Source: an uncultured Chloroflexia bacterium (GTDB lineage Bacteria; Chloroflexota; Limnocylindria; QHBO01). Taken from it: a stretch of DNA of 64,000 nucleotides. Below are positions 28,380 through 39,208 of the stretch, piece after piece. Position numbers and translations under genes: made by a program. Where the stretch lies: positions 69,523 through 133,522 of the forward strand of contig CAVVPF010000036.1 of the NCBI GenBank assembly GCA_963750025.1, written 5' to 3'. Every line of letters begins with the position of its first letter. Position 1 is the stretch's first letter. Below the pieces are notes generated by a model that had not been told where the DNA came from, did not search any database, and was given only the letters and a program-made list of their open reading frames with translations.

Positions 28380-28437
28380 AGGTCTGTGGTCAGGTCCTTG
28401 ACGAGAACCTGGATGTCCTGACAAGCTCCTATGGTTG

Positions 28438-29463
28438 TCAAGCGGCGCGAGCCCACGCTGATTGGCCCGCTTGGAGTAGGCGAAAGACCGGCCGAGCCAC
28501 CCGGTGCTTGAGGCAGCGCAGCGCCTCGGCCCAGCTCTTGCCGCTGGCACGCTTGCGGGCCATGTACGCCTTGGCCGGCTCGTGATGCCAAGCCTGGCTC
28601 AGGGCGATCGTGTACAGCGCCCGGTTCAGCCGCCGGTTGCCACCCCGGTTGAGGCGCATCCGCTGGACCTCGCCCGAGCTGGCCGGGATGGGCGCCACCC
28701 CCGCCAGCATCGCGAAGGCGGCGGGCGAGCGGAAGCGGGCGACGTCACCGGTCTCGGCCACCAGGCGGGCGGCGGTCAGGGCCCCGACCCCGGGCAACGC
28801 AAGGAGGGGATGACCGGCGACGAGGGCAGAGATCGACCGCTCGAGCTCGGCCGCCCGCCGACCCAGATCACGGACCTCAGTCAGGAGCGCCCGGGCGAGC
28901 TCGGCTCGAACGCCAGTCGAACCGGCGAGGGCACGCTCGATCGCCTCGAGCTGGCGGCCACTGACCAGCTGAGCGGCCGTCCGGCGGTAGCCGGGCAGCA
29001 GGACCACGAGGTGGGCGTGGAGGCGGTTGCGGGCCTGGGTCTGGGCACCGACGAGATCGTCGCGCGCATCGGCGAGCAGGCCGAGCTCGGTCGAGCGGTC
29101 CTCGAGCCGGACCGGCGGCAGGTCGGGCTCGCGGAGGGTCACCCGGGCGATCGCGAGGGCATCGCCCGGGTCGCTCTTGCCGGGCCGTCGGCTGCGACCT
29201 CGTTCGCGCCGGCTCAGGTGGGGCGGGACCTCGCGGACGACGAACCCGGCCGCCACGAGATGGTGGGCCACGGGTGCACCGTACGAGGCCGAGCCCTCGA
29301 TCCCGATCCTTCCCTCCGGAGCGACGCCTCCGGCCCAGGCCGCGAGCTCGATGAAGCCCGCCGGATCGCAGCTGAACGTCCGCTCGTCGATGACGCTCCC
29401 GACCTCGTCGACGGCACACGCCGCGAGGGTCCGCTTGTGGGTATCGATCCCGATGGCTGGCAT
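28438..29463 (-). mobile_element. IS110-family transposase gene (element ends not defined)
   Basis: 'MPAIGIDTHKRTLAACAVD' (DEDD N-terminal domain), 'LLALPGVGALTAARLVAETGDVARFRS' and 'SGEVQRMRLNRGGNRRLNRALY' are the IS110 family signature. IS110 elements lack clear terminal repeats, so the borders were not called. Confidence 0.9.
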
Positions 29464-30055
29464 GGCTGACCTCCGGCCGGTGGCCGCGTACGATGGCTGT
29501 GGGCCGGCCGGGCAGCAGTGCGTTGAGTCAAAGCCACGCTCCTATGAGGCCACGGCCGGTCCGCTCGCTCCGGGGACGAGGGCACTTGTCAAGGAACGAG
29601 CCATCCCCCGTGGGCACTACGTATCAGGGCCAACCCGTCCCCGGTCGCGAGCACCTTCCCACGTCGTGGGAGGGCCGGCGTCAGTTACGCACTGCGTATC
29701 AGGCACCCGGCACAGCGGCATCCCTATGCTTGGTCGTGAGTCAGCTGGCGGTATCAAAGCGCCTCTGTGGGTGGCGAAACCGCGGAGGAATCTCAACTTC
29801 GATACTGCCTTTCGTCGGTATCGATGCTACCCGTGCGGTGACAGCGGTGGCGAAGCCGATCCGGTTTCTGGCGACGGAGACGTATGCTTGGCCCCATGCC
29901 CTCGATGCTGGCCCTCATCGGCCGACCGCCCCTCGATCTTTCACGGCTGGGCACGCTGCGCAGCAACGTGGCCGCACTGACTCGTTTGACGGGGATTGCT
30001 GCAACCGCGGCGCGGATCCGGCTGCTAGCCTTCGGCACGGCTGTGTCAGAGGGGA

Positions 30056-30804
30056 TGGCCGAGACCTACCGCGAGATGCTCGCGTTGCGCCTGGCCCTGC
30101 TCGGGCGCGGCTGGTACCTCAGCCCGGACGTGAGCTTCGGCGCCGTAGTCCAGCTCGTGACGACGCAGCGGAGCCTACATCCAGATGGGCTCGACCGGGC
30201 GATGGCCCAGATCACGAGGACCCGCGTGCCGGCGATAGTGGAGACCGCGACTCGGGGATGGCCGCATCGGGCCGCACTGATCACCGAGGCGTTGGACGCG
30301 CATGCAGGTGGCCGGTACGGCTCGAGCGTTCTTCTGCTCTTGTCGCAGGCAGACGGGATGTCGCGCGAGATGTTCGGCGAGGGACTCTTTGCGACGGAGT
30401 ACGTTAGCGGCGAGCGCCGGCCGCGCGTGGCCAAGGCCATGGATCGAAAGCTGGACGAGATCCGAGCCCGGCTCGGAGAGGCGATGCTCCAGGAGTACTT
30501 CGGTTACTTCCTCCAGCACCTATCGGCGCTCCAGCTCGGACAAGTGGAATTGCCGGCGCCTAGGTCGGGCATGCTTGGCCCCCTGAATAGGCACGCGATC
30601 ATGCACGGCGACGACCTCGAATTCGCGACGGAGCTGAACTCACTGCGGGCCCTTTCGCTGCTGGACTACCTCGTGAGCTTTAGGCGGCTCCACGGTCACC
30701 CGATGCTGCAGCCTGGCCTCGCCTTGAGCCTGACAGTGTTCGGCGCGGTGTCGACGGCACGTCAGATGGGCTCATTGGCCAAGGATGGACGAGCCTCGGA
30801 GTGA
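30056..30804 (+). CDS. Hypothetical helical protein with HEPN-like RHxxxHG motif
   Basis: Part of ORF 29884..30804. The most plausible start is ATG 30056 ('MAETYREML'). 'GMLGPLNRHAIMHGDDLEF' carries R-H-x3-H. No family recognised. Confidence 0.55.
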
Positions 30805-31215
30805 TCGGCGGCGGGCACCGAACTCGGGAGCAGGCCGCTTGCATCGGCGGGCGATAACCTGCGATGGGCCGAAGGAGGCCGGGTACGCGATGTACTACGC
30901 ACTGCGCGATCGGGACTCCGGGGCCGGCAAGCGGCGAAGTCGGCGGTAGGTGGCTGCGCCCAGGGCCTCAGGCGAGGTCTGCGCTTGCCGCGCAGAGCAA
31001 TGGAACGATCCGATCTCACAGAGATTCACTACATCTGATACCGGCGTGCGCTCTCGCCAGCTCGTGGTCCGCCTCGACGGAGTCGCGCCCGAGTTCAGCC
31101 TCCTAGATGCCGAGGCGGCGGGATTGCCCGTCCTCCTGCGCTGGCCGCTCACCCGCCACGCCGACGACGCGCGGGCCCCATCGCCGCCCGACCCGGATGA
31201 CGGAGCCCCGGCCTG

Positions 31216-32340
31216 ATGGGTCAGCACATCCTCAGTGAGTGGCTGATCAAGCCCTTCACGCATCCGACGAAGCGCGGCGATCGGCTTACGACCTACAACA
31301 AGGCGACCAACGAGTACGGGGAGGTGGCGCCGCGACATTTCCTGGCGCCCGAGAACGACCACTCGGACGAGATCGAGCAGGAGCTGAACAGGATTGAGTC
31401 GCCGGCTGCTGCTGCTGCCAGGCACCTCCATGACCTGACGACCAGCCTTCCACCGGGCATCTGTCGGGTGGGCGATCGTGACGAGCCGGACCTGGACAAC
31501 CCCAATGCGCCGGTGCGTGCCGGTGGCCGAGCTGCCGGTTTCGAGCTCCTCGTTGTCGATCGACAGATCGCGCAGCTGCCCCCCGCCGAGAAGAAGGCGC
31601 TGGCCAAGTTCGTCGCGCTGATGTTCACGCGGGCGCCGAAGGTCGAACGCGCCATCACCATCCAGGCCGCCGCCTTCTCGCGCGGAGTGGATAAGGCGCT
31701 CATGGAGCGTGGCCTGATGAGTGACGAAAGGGCGGCGATTGAGCTGGCCGTTGCCGTCGAGTCCGCACGCTGGTTGGGGCTCCGCGACGCCGCGACCTAC
31801 GCGGAGCGCTTGGCCGCCAGGCAATGGTGGGTGCTGAAGGCCGACGAAGACCAGAAGGAGGAGTTCATCCTTGGCGACACCCCCGTCGTCCCCACCCTGG
31901 CTCTCGGACACGACGACGAGTGGCGGCCACTATTCCACGCCGCGACTTCGGCCGTCGTCATGCCGTTGAGTCCGTCGCTGACGCTGATGATCGCGGACTT
32001 GATCCCCGTCGGCGGCAACTCGCTGGACTTCGTGGCCTCGATCAATCGGCTGTCGTGGAAGCACGCAGATGAGCAGGTTATCGGCGTCAGCCGGGCGAAG
32101 CTGGAAGAGGTCCGAGGCGACCTGGCCGCGCATGGGTGGCGCGAGAGCGCCCCGGTGCCCATCGCCGACGAGATGGCGACGGAGATGCGCGGGCGCCGCT
32201 ACTCGGCGCTGTGGTCGCTGGAGTGGCAGTGGAGACAAGGGATGCTGCCCGGCCAACCGATCTACCTCCCGCTTCGGTTCCCCGACTGGCCGATGTGGCT
32301 TGAGGATCGAGCAGCGGAGAGACAGAAGCGGCGGCGGTAG
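31216..32340 (+). CDS. DUF4238-like protein
   Basis: N-terminus 'MGQHILSEWLIKPF' resembles the DUF4238 'HyvPqfyLknF' start. The 374-aa translation is protein-like, unlike the opposite shadow ORF 30895..31911. Confidence 0.55.
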   Translation: MGQHILSEWLIKPFTHPTKRGDRLTTYNKATNEYGEVAPRHFLAPENDHSDEIEQELNRIESPAAAAARHLHDLTTSLPPGICRVGDRDEPDLDNPNAPVRAGGRAAGFELLVVDRQIAQLPPAEKKALAKFVALMFTRAPKVERAITIQAAAFSRGVDKALMERGLMSDERAAIELAVAVESARWLGLRDAATYAERLAARQWWVLKADEDQKEEFILGDTPVVPTLALGHDDEWRPLFHAATSAVVMPLSPSLTLMIADLIPVGGNSLDFVASINRLSWKHADEQVIGVSRAKLEEVRGDLAAHGWRESAPVPIADEMATEMRGRRYSALWSLEWQWRQGMLPGQPIYLPLRFPDWPMWLEDRAAERQKRRR

Positions 32341-32341
32341 C

Positions 32342-33425
32342 TCAGGCAGCCGGTCGCCAGTCGGTCCAGGGCACCTCGGTGAGCAGCGCGAGCGGTGCCT
32401 TCAGCTCGGCGAGGAGCGCTCTTGCGGTGATCCCTTCGAGCTGGCGAATGCCGCGAACCACGCGGTCGACGCCGTTCGGCATCTCGTGGATGACCAGCGA
32501 GCCGTCGTGGACCGTCGTGTTGCGCCATTTGATGGTGTCGGTTAGGAGGGCCTCGAGTTCCTCCTCAACTGGCTGAGCAGGATAGGGCTCGAAGAGCGTT
32601 CGGAGGTACTCCAGGACAATGCCCTTCATTGGCCGGCGTTGGAGTTCAGCCGCCTTGTCGCGGAGTGCCTGGCGGTCTTTGTCGTCGAGTCCTTCACGGT
32701 CCGCGAGCTCGTCGAGGCAGTCCCGTGCCGAACTGACCAACTTGGCGTTGAGTAGCTTGTTCCTCTCGTTCGCCTTCGCCCAGCGAGCCGCCAGGATCTT
32801 CGAGGGCGATCCAGTGGTGGGCGAGCTGGATGTCGAGGTAGTGGAGGCCGTGACCACCGCGTGCGAAGTTGTGCCACTCCATCGCCTGGGGGATGCCGCT
32901 CTCCTCGAAGCCTTCCTCATCGAGCCGCGGCCATGCGGCGTCGAAGAAGGTCCTGAGATCGCCCCGCATGCGGAACATGTGGGAGCCCCTGCGCCGCCCG
33001 TACTTCGGCAGACCGATGTTCGTGCGGAGCCGTTCCCAGCGCCCGCCCGGCTCACCGCCGCGCGTGATGAGCGCATCCGTGTAGGTCGGTGAGCGGGTGA
33101 TGAATGACAGCAGGGACGACATCCACGCCAGGTCCGGGACGAGCTGCTCCTCGAACTTGTTGGTCTCGAGGTAGGCGACAGCCGTGGCGATCGGCGTGTC
33201 GCGGTCGCCCTGTCGGACCCTCTCCGCGTCGAGTGCGAACGGATCGCCGTCAGGGAACTCCACCCGGAAGGGGAGCACCTCGGCTTCGTCCGGCCGAAGG
33301 AAGAGGTTGATGAGCCGGACCTCGGCCGGCGACTCGTCGGCGCGACCAACCCCGTTCTTGTCTGTCGTTGTGTCGGTTTCGGACTCCGACCGACGCTCGG
33401 CGGCGCGATTGCTCACGCCGCGCAT
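32342..33425 (-). CDS. Hypothetical protein with C-terminal HEPN-like domain (RNxxxH), with an apparent frameshift at about 32795-32806
   Basis: The N-terminal part is in ORF 32694..33425 and the C-terminal part in ORF 32342..33349. They join at 'AHHWIALE|KILAARWAKANERNK'. The C-terminal helical region contains 'LLTDTIKWRNTTVHDGSL'. Confidence 0.55.
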
Positions 33426-33684
33426 GCTACGGCGACGGCGGTGGCACTACCTCGCCTTCCGCGTCGGCATGGTGGCGGACGTGGAGACGACCGCGGAGCG
33501 GCGCGCGCTCGTACTTCCCGAGGCGAGGAGCACGTGGTGACGCTCACGGTCCTCGCATTCCAGGCCTCCGGGGCGTATAGAAGTGGCTGATGGCATCACG
33601 GTGGCAGCGCAGCGCTCGGCGGCAGACTTCGACGAAGTCGTGACGGGCTGATAACAGCGGTGACCTTCGACTGACTTCGAGTTC

Positions 33685-35250
33685 TTAACCCGGCGCCGTT
33701 TGTTGTCCCCCGGCCGAGACCGGATATGCCCACGCATCACGCGCCGTCCAGGCTTCGACCGTGGGTTGGGCGTAGTCCACCACACCGGACAGCGGGCTCA
33801 AAAGAACGGCCAATTGGCCATCCTCGGCACGGAAAGGGAACCGGGGTCCAGGCCGTGCGTCGAGGTCCTCTCGCCACTTGTTCTTTAGGCGACCGTCCTC
33901 CTCGGCACCTAGCAGCGGCACTATTTCATTCACAACGGCTGCTGTCTGCGCAACGAGGCGTACGGCGAAGGGCAGGGGGTCCAGCTCCGCCCACTCAGGC
34001 TCATCGATCTCGTAGCGGGTCACGCCCCGCCTTCCATGAGTGCTGACAGGCACCCGCGCCGGCGAATGCGTCTTGCCGAGCCCCCACGCAGCAGGATCCT
34101 GCGCCATCTCAGACAGCCTCTCCCGAATCCAAAGGAGCAGATCCCCACGCACGGCGAGCCTAGCGACCGTGGGCTCCCGCTCGTTCTGGACGGTTAGCTT
34201 TCGAACGCGTTCGCGATGGATCGCGTGATGTCGCAGCCGCAGCGACAACTCGATGTGGGGAAGATGCTCCTCGACATACGCCCGCACCGCAACTCCGGCT
34301 GGTCCGACTCTGCCCACTTCACGCTGCCACCAGCGGCTCCTTAGCGCCCAATCGAGATCGCGGCCAGCGGGGATCGACAGATAGGTGCCCACCAAGCGGG
34401 CAAGCGTGTCCAAGATCGCATTCGAGACGAGCACGCAGTTGTCGAATTCGTCGGCGAGTTCGTCCAGTTGGTCATTGTTGGTGGGTAACTGCCAGGCAGC
34501 AACCATGCGATCTAATCGCAGGGTCAAGGCGTCTATCCGGCTAAGGATCGACTGCCCAAGGTCCTCCAGCAGTTCGCCTTCGGGCACGAGGTAGCGGAGT
34601 CCGCTCATCGCAGCCAGTCCGGAGTGAAGGCCGGGCGTGAGCGCGCTGCCGAGTGCCCGATAGTAGAAGCCCCGGTTAAGCCCTATGAGTCCAATGAAGG
34701 CGCAATTTGCCACACGCGACCAGGGACCCAAGATCGTCAGGGCTTCAGAAGGTGTGACCACGTTGGCAGCCCCGAGTTTCCCGCTAGCTGCTAACAAGGT
34801 CGTGTCGAGTGTGACAAAGAGATCGGCAGCGATGCTTTCGCCGACCAGCGCTTCAAGCACACGCCATCGGGCCTCGGGATCTCCGAAAACGCGCTCTGCA
34901 GCCGCGGTCGCGGCTCGAAGCCCGTCTAGGTGGGACATTGCCTCCGTATTCGCGTCCGGGTAGTACCGCACGTAGGCGATGTCGGCCGCGGCATCCTCAA
35001 TGACCTGCACGGCCGGGCAGCTGAGCGCGACGTCGTCACCTGGCGTGCGGAAGGCCTCAAAATCGCGCGAGCGGAGATGGGTGAGCTGCCAAAGGGCTAG
35101 CCTTTCGGAACGAGGCACATTAGCTAGGCCGGCAGTGTGTAGGCACACGCGGAACGGACGAAGGCGGGCGGGGGTCTCAGCCCACTCAAATGGGTTCAGG
35201 GGCGGATCCGAGGGGTATCTGGTCCTCTTGGAGTAGTCCAGCCTTCTCAT
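33685..35250 (-). CDS. Hypothetical protein (521 aa) with HEPN-like RHxxxH motif
   Basis: Single clean ORF with protein-like composition. Contains 'HIELSLRLRHHAIHRERV'. No family recognised. Confidence 0.6.
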   Translation of the reverse strand: MRRLDYSKRTRYPSDPPLNPFEWAETPARLRPFRVCLHTAGLANVPRSERLALWQLTHLRSRDFEAFRTPGDDVALSCPAVQVIEDAAADIAYVRYYPDANTEAMSHLDGLRAATAAAERVFGDPEARWRVLEALVGESIAADLFVTLDTTLLAASGKLGAANVVTPSEALTILGPWSRVANCAFIGLIGLNRGFYYRALGSALTPGLHSGLAAMSGLRYLVPEGELLEDLGQSILSRIDALTLRLDRMVAAWQLPTNNDQLDELADEFDNCVLVSNAILDTLARLVGTYLSIPAGRDLDWALRSRWWQREVGRVGPAGVAVRAYVEEHLPHIELSLRLRHHAIHRERVRKLTVQNEREPTVARLAVRGDLLLWIRERLSEMAQDPAAWGLGKTHSPARVPVSTHGRRGVTRYEIDEPEWAELDPLPFAVRLVAQTAAVVNEIVPLLGAEEDGRLKNKWREDLDARPGPRFPFRAEDGQLAVLLSPLSGVVDYAQPTVEAWTARDAWAYPVSAGGQQTAPG

Positions 35251-35589
35251 GCACGACTAACCTTACGGTGCGCGCCATGTTGCGCGGGTGGTGGCTACGG
35301 TAGATGGGCACGACCTTCCGGCTGTGGGACCAGCGAATCGCGATGTCCTAACTGTGAGTAATGTGCTCGCTCTGGGAAGCGGATGACCCCGGGTACCTCG
35401 TCGGACCGGGACGCTCAGCGCCCTCTGTCGAACACGCCTTCGAAGCGGGGCAGGAACGTCGGTGCGGGCCCCGCGTCTCTCAAGGCAAAGGGCTCTAGAT
35501 TGACGCTACCCGGATTGGCGTCTGAGTCGAGGGGCCCTGGCGATTCCACGCAGAGTCAGTTGGCCTGAGCCCCGTTTCTGCGATGAATG

Positions 35590-36165
35590 TCAGCACTCCG
35601 AACCTGGCGTGGATGGGTCGTCAAGGACGACCACCATCTGGATGCGACCTTCCTCGATCACGCTGCCGCCACCGATCTTCCCGCAGAGCGGAGCCTCCTC
35701 GCTAAAGCTGATCTCATCGTCATCGCTGGATTGGGTGCCGCCTCGAGCTTCGATCTGCCACCGAATGACGTAGCCCTTCTCGGCGGCCATCGCGGCAGCC
35801 TCGACCGGTGAACGGTCGAAGATGTTGGTGCCCCAGAACGGCTGGCCGAAATTCGTCAGGCCCGGCCGCTCGATGACACCCTCTCTGAAGAGGATCCCGT
35901 CCACAAAAACGATCCCGTCCCCGAGAACCCGCTGAGCGACTGCACCGCCCGCAAATGCCACGGCCGCGACGAGCGACACGCTGGCTGCGAGCAGCAGGGT
36001 CCGACGACGCGGCGAACGAGCCGGTCGCGCGCGATAGCGCTCCCGAGCCGTGGCAACCCGTCCGTCGATCAGGGCAGTCACGCGCGCCGGCGGGCGGTCC
36101 ACCCGGTAAATCTCGCTGAGCTCGCTCTCGAGCGAGGACGTGGTTCGAGGAGTGGGTGCAGTCAT
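35590..36165 (-). CDS. Putative anti-sigma factor / membrane-anchored protein
   Basis: ATG 36165 overlaps the sigma-factor stop (ATGA). One transmembrane segment, 'LLLAASVSLVAAVAFAGGAVA', follows an Arg-rich N-terminal region. Confidence 0.6.
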   Translation of the reverse strand: MTAPTPRTTSSLESELSEIYRVDRPPARVTALIDGRVATARERYRARPARSPRRRTLLLAASVSLVAAVAFAGGAVAQRVLGDGIVFVDGILFREGVIERPGLTNFGQPFWGTNIFDRSPVEAAAMAAEKGYVIRWQIEARGGTQSSDDDEISFSEEAPLCGKIGGGSVIEEGRIQMVVVLDDPSTPGSEC

Positions 36166-36737
36166 GAGTAGGTCTCCCGCAGCCGGCCTAACGCCCGGCT
36201 GATCATCTTCTGAGTCGCCGCTTCGCTCTTGCCGATCACCGCACCGATCTCGCGCGTACTAAGGCCAGCGCCATAGCGGAGAGCGAGGCACTCTCGCTGC
36301 AGCGGAGGCAGCTGGCGCACGTGCTTGGCGAGTTCGCGGCTGGCCTCGGCCCGTAGGAGCTCCGGCTCGGGCCGTCCCTGCTCGCTGAATGGATGCTGCT
36401 CGGGCCTGATGAGCTCGAGCGGACGGAGTGGTCGGCGACGTCGTGTCGCATCGACGGCTTGACTGCGAGCGATGCGGAACAGCCAAGCGGCAAGGCCGTC
36501 GCGTCCACCCCGATAGGACGACAGCTTGACGAGCGCCCGCTCGAAGGTCTTGGCGGTGAGATCCGCCGCCTCGTCATCGTCTACCGCGAAGCGGCGCACG
36601 TAGTGGAAGAGCGGATCTCGGAAGCTTAGGTACGCCTCCTCGAAGGACGCGTCGATTGCGCCGGCCAACGCGCCTGAGCTTTGGAGCTTCTTGCCTTCGG
36701 CTGCCGCGCCGGTGTCCATCGTCCCTCCCGAGTCCAA
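36162..36737 (-). CDS. ECF (sigma-70 family, group 4) RNA polymerase sigma factor
   Basis: Region 2 'DEAADLTAKTFERALVKLSSYRG...LAAWLFRIARSQAVD'. Region 4 'LPPLQRECLALRYGAGLSTREIGAVIGKSEAATQKMISRA'. Confidence 0.85.
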   Translation of the reverse strand: MDSGGTMDTGAAAEGKKLQSSGALAGAIDASFEEAYLSFRDPLFHYVRRFAVDDDEAADLTAKTFERALVKLSSYRGGRDGLAAWLFRIARSQAVDATRRRRPLRPLELIRPEQHPFSEQGRPEPELLRAEASRELAKHVRQLPPLQRECLALRYGAGLSTREIGAVIGKSEAATQKMISRALGRLRETYS

Positions 36738-37188
36738 TTGTCACCCATACAGACGCATGAGCGACCCAAACCCGGACATCTGGGTACGCAGACACCCGTG
36801 TCACGCTGGGCAGGCACCTTCGGTCAGAGCGGCGACCACACCGGTCGATCCCTTTGGCGGCATCCGACGGGAACGGGGAGAATTCAGTGCCGCTCCTTGG
36901 AGTCCTGAGTCGAAGTCAGGAGATCAGCGAGCCACAGAGCCGAGGGCAGACATCACACTAATACCCATTATCGTGCGGGCCTCGCGAACGAGCGTCACAC
37001 GAATCCCCTTCGTCCTTGAGGTGATGGAAGGCCCACCAGTCCCGTCGTGCTGACCTAGAGGCTCGGCCGCACGGTCGCTACCGAGGCGCCCATGATTGGT
37101 GGGACGCGAGCGGACGCATCCAGCAGCTCCGAAAGGGGCGCCGCGGAAGACCGTCTAATTCGTGACTCAGGCGGTCACGCTTTAAGGT

Positions 37189-37208
37189 CGATCAGAAGGA
37201 GGTCCTTT
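37189..37208 (+). repeat. Copy A of the 20-nt motif CGATCAGAAGGAGGTC[C/A]TT[T/A]
   Basis: Reads CGATCAGAAGGAGGTCCTTT. Lies ~270 nt upstream of, and co-oriented with, the gene at 37464. Confidence 0.7.
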
Positions 37209-37463
37209 CGGTTCGGCGGGCCGGCCGTCGACTAGGGCGTCTTATCCCGTGACGGGTAGGCTTCTCGCCCTGTCGGCATCGCCCGCCGCTGGTAAACGAC
37301 CAGTCCACCTAAAGAAGCGTCTTGTGCCTCGGCCGCCGCCCACTGGTCCGCCAAGTGCGTTCCCTGAAACACCTCGGGCTGCGGAGGACCTTTATGCGGG
37401 CCCCCAAACCCGCGGCCCTGACGCCCTCACTGGGCTGGCTGGCCGCAGCCGGCGCTGGGATCG

Positions 37464-38927
37464 ATGCGCGACCGCGGGACAGCTACGCGCGGCCGACCGA
37501 TAATTGTCGCCGTGACGTTGCAGGTTGACACGAGCCGAGCGATCCGAACGCTGGCAGAGCAGCATCTCCTGATCCAGTCGATCGTTGATGCGCCGCCCAG
37601 CGAGCAGGAAACCGAGTGGTTGGAGTGGAAGACCGACGTTGACCTAGGAAGCAAGGAGTGGCAGGCGACGACTTCTCGCCACGTCCTCGGCTTCGCGAAT
37701 CGCCATCCTGATTTGGCTGTTCAGTGGTGTGAGGGCTCCGCCTACATCGTCCTCGGCGCAGCTCCCGGAAGTCTTCAGGGCGCGAAGGTCTACGACATTG
37801 CGAAACTCAACGCCTGGCTGTCGGCGTATCTGGGCTCCGCACCGGACGCACCGCAGTGGTCCGCTACGTACCTAGAGCTGGGAACTGTCCAAGTTCTGCT
37901 AATCACGATAGAGAAGCCGCGGTGGGGCGACCCAATTTGGACCCTCCGGAAGGAGTACACACCACTAAAGCCTCTCGCGCCGTTGCGGGCTGGGACAATC
38001 TACGTGCGAAGAAGGGGAAGCACAGACCAGGCCGACCCCGGAGAGGTCCGGATGCTCACCCTCCGGGCGGGATCAGGGCCACGACGCTTGAGCGTATCGC
38101 TTCGCATTCCGGAAGACGAGAACGCCATTCCGATCGATGCCGGGGAGACGTTGATCAAGAGCTGGGCAGCGGCCGAACGTGCCGCTCTCGGGGCACCTCC
38201 ACGGCCGGCGTCGCGTCAGAGATCTGATCCGGCGTCAACCATCAAGGTGAGTCTTGCCGAGAGCCTGTCGGCTGCCCAAAACGCGATACTGGCTTCAGCG
38301 ACCTTCGGCGAAACGCGAACAGTCGACGCATTCAGGGCCGAGGTCGATGCTTATCTGGCCAAGGCTAAGAATGCCATTCCGGCGGCATTGAAGCGCGGCG
38401 CGGTCCGCCACAAGCTCGGCAGGCTTCATTTCTGGCTCGACAACCAAACCGAGCACAACTTCAGCCAAGTTGTCGTCGAGCTCTCCTTCGACCAGCCGGC
38501 AGTGATGGCATGCTTCGATCAGAGGGGTGTCGGAGGTCCGGAGTTCCCGAACCGTCCCGCTCCCTGGGGCTCCTACAACCTGAGTCGCCTCTTGGGCGGC
38601 TCGCTCTTCGACGTGCGCATGCCGATGGTTGCTCCGATGAACGTACCGCATATTCCTCGAGGCACAATCGATAACAGCGGTTCGACTCACATCCGCTTCG
38701 CCCCCGTCGATGTGAGGCCGGGATACTCGCACCGGCTCGAAACGATCTACCTCATTGTCGGTCCGGAACACGCGAATGAACTCCTGGGCGGTGTATGGCT
38801 AGCGACCGCGGCAGACACCAGTGGAGTCGTGCGCGGCAATATCGACGTCCCGGTCTCGCCCAAAATTCCGGGCTTCAAGGAGCTCCTGTCGGAACCCGTT
38901 CGCGATGTCGACGATAAGGACGACTGA
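37464..38927 (+). CDS. Hypothetical protein with N-terminal AlbA_2/Schlafen-like (putative DNA-binding) domain
   Basis: 'SEQETEWLEWKTDVDL...SRHVLGFANRHPD...GSAYIVLGA' resembles the AlbA_2 (PF04326) 'E.e.lEfK' core. The C-terminal ~300 aa are unassigned. An alternative GTG start lies at 37512. Confidence 0.55.
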   Translation: MRDRGTATRGRPIIVAVTLQVDTSRAIRTLAEQHLLIQSIVDAPPSEQETEWLEWKTDVDLGSKEWQATTSRHVLGFANRHPDLAVQWCEGSAYIVLGAAPGSLQGAKVYDIAKLNAWLSAYLGSAPDAPQWSATYLELGTVQVLLITIEKPRWGDPIWTLRKEYTPLKPLAPLRAGTIYVRRRGSTDQADPGEVRMLTLRAGSGPRRLSVSLRIPEDENAIPIDAGETLIKSWAAAERAALGAPPRPASRQRSDPASTIKVSLAESLSAAQNAILASATFGETRTVDAFRAEVDAYLAKAKNAIPAALKRGAVRHKLGRLHFWLDNQTEHNFSQVVVELSFDQPAVMACFDQRGVGGPEFPNRPAPWGSYNLSRLLGGSLFDVRMPMVAPMNVPHIPRGTIDNSGSTHIRFAPVDVRPGYSHRLETIYLIVGPEHANELLGGVWLATAADTSGVVRGNIDVPVSPKIPGFKELLSEPVRDVDDKDD

Positions 38928-39208
38928 TTCGCGGGGCGGGGAGCCTCATCCCCGGAACGTCATGCTCCACGGACCCAAGCAGCTCGCGGCACGGAAAACG
39001 GCTGGCGGCGACCACACTCGTCGGCCACAAGCCGCGCCAGAGTGAGGTCCTTTCGGACGAGTCACCCAATCGGTCGGATGCCGACGCGATTCGACACCCG
39101 AGCCGGTGATGACCGAATCCGCGCATACACTGTTCGGGTGAGTGCGCGAATGGTGATCGCAGGAATGAGCATCAGAACCACTGCAACCTGCCAAAAGGTA
39201 GGTAAGCC

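Noticed and set aside
29493-30055. Coding sequence between the IS110 transposase gene and ATG 30056, including the first 57 codons of ORF 29884..30804
   Set aside because: The translations are low-complexity. This region is more likely the IS110 upstream non-coding arm plus a promoter region. The start of the HEPN-like gene was moved to ATG 30056, but this choice remains uncertain.
37189-37208. The 20-nt AAGGAGGT-containing motif as a fragment of a 16S rRNA 3' end or an rRNA operon remnant
   Set aside because: Only the SD/anti-SD core is shared. The flanking bases (CGATCAGA..., ...CCTT) do not match the conserved GGATCACCTCCTT 16S terminus in either orientation, and no rRNA-like sequence surrounds any copy.
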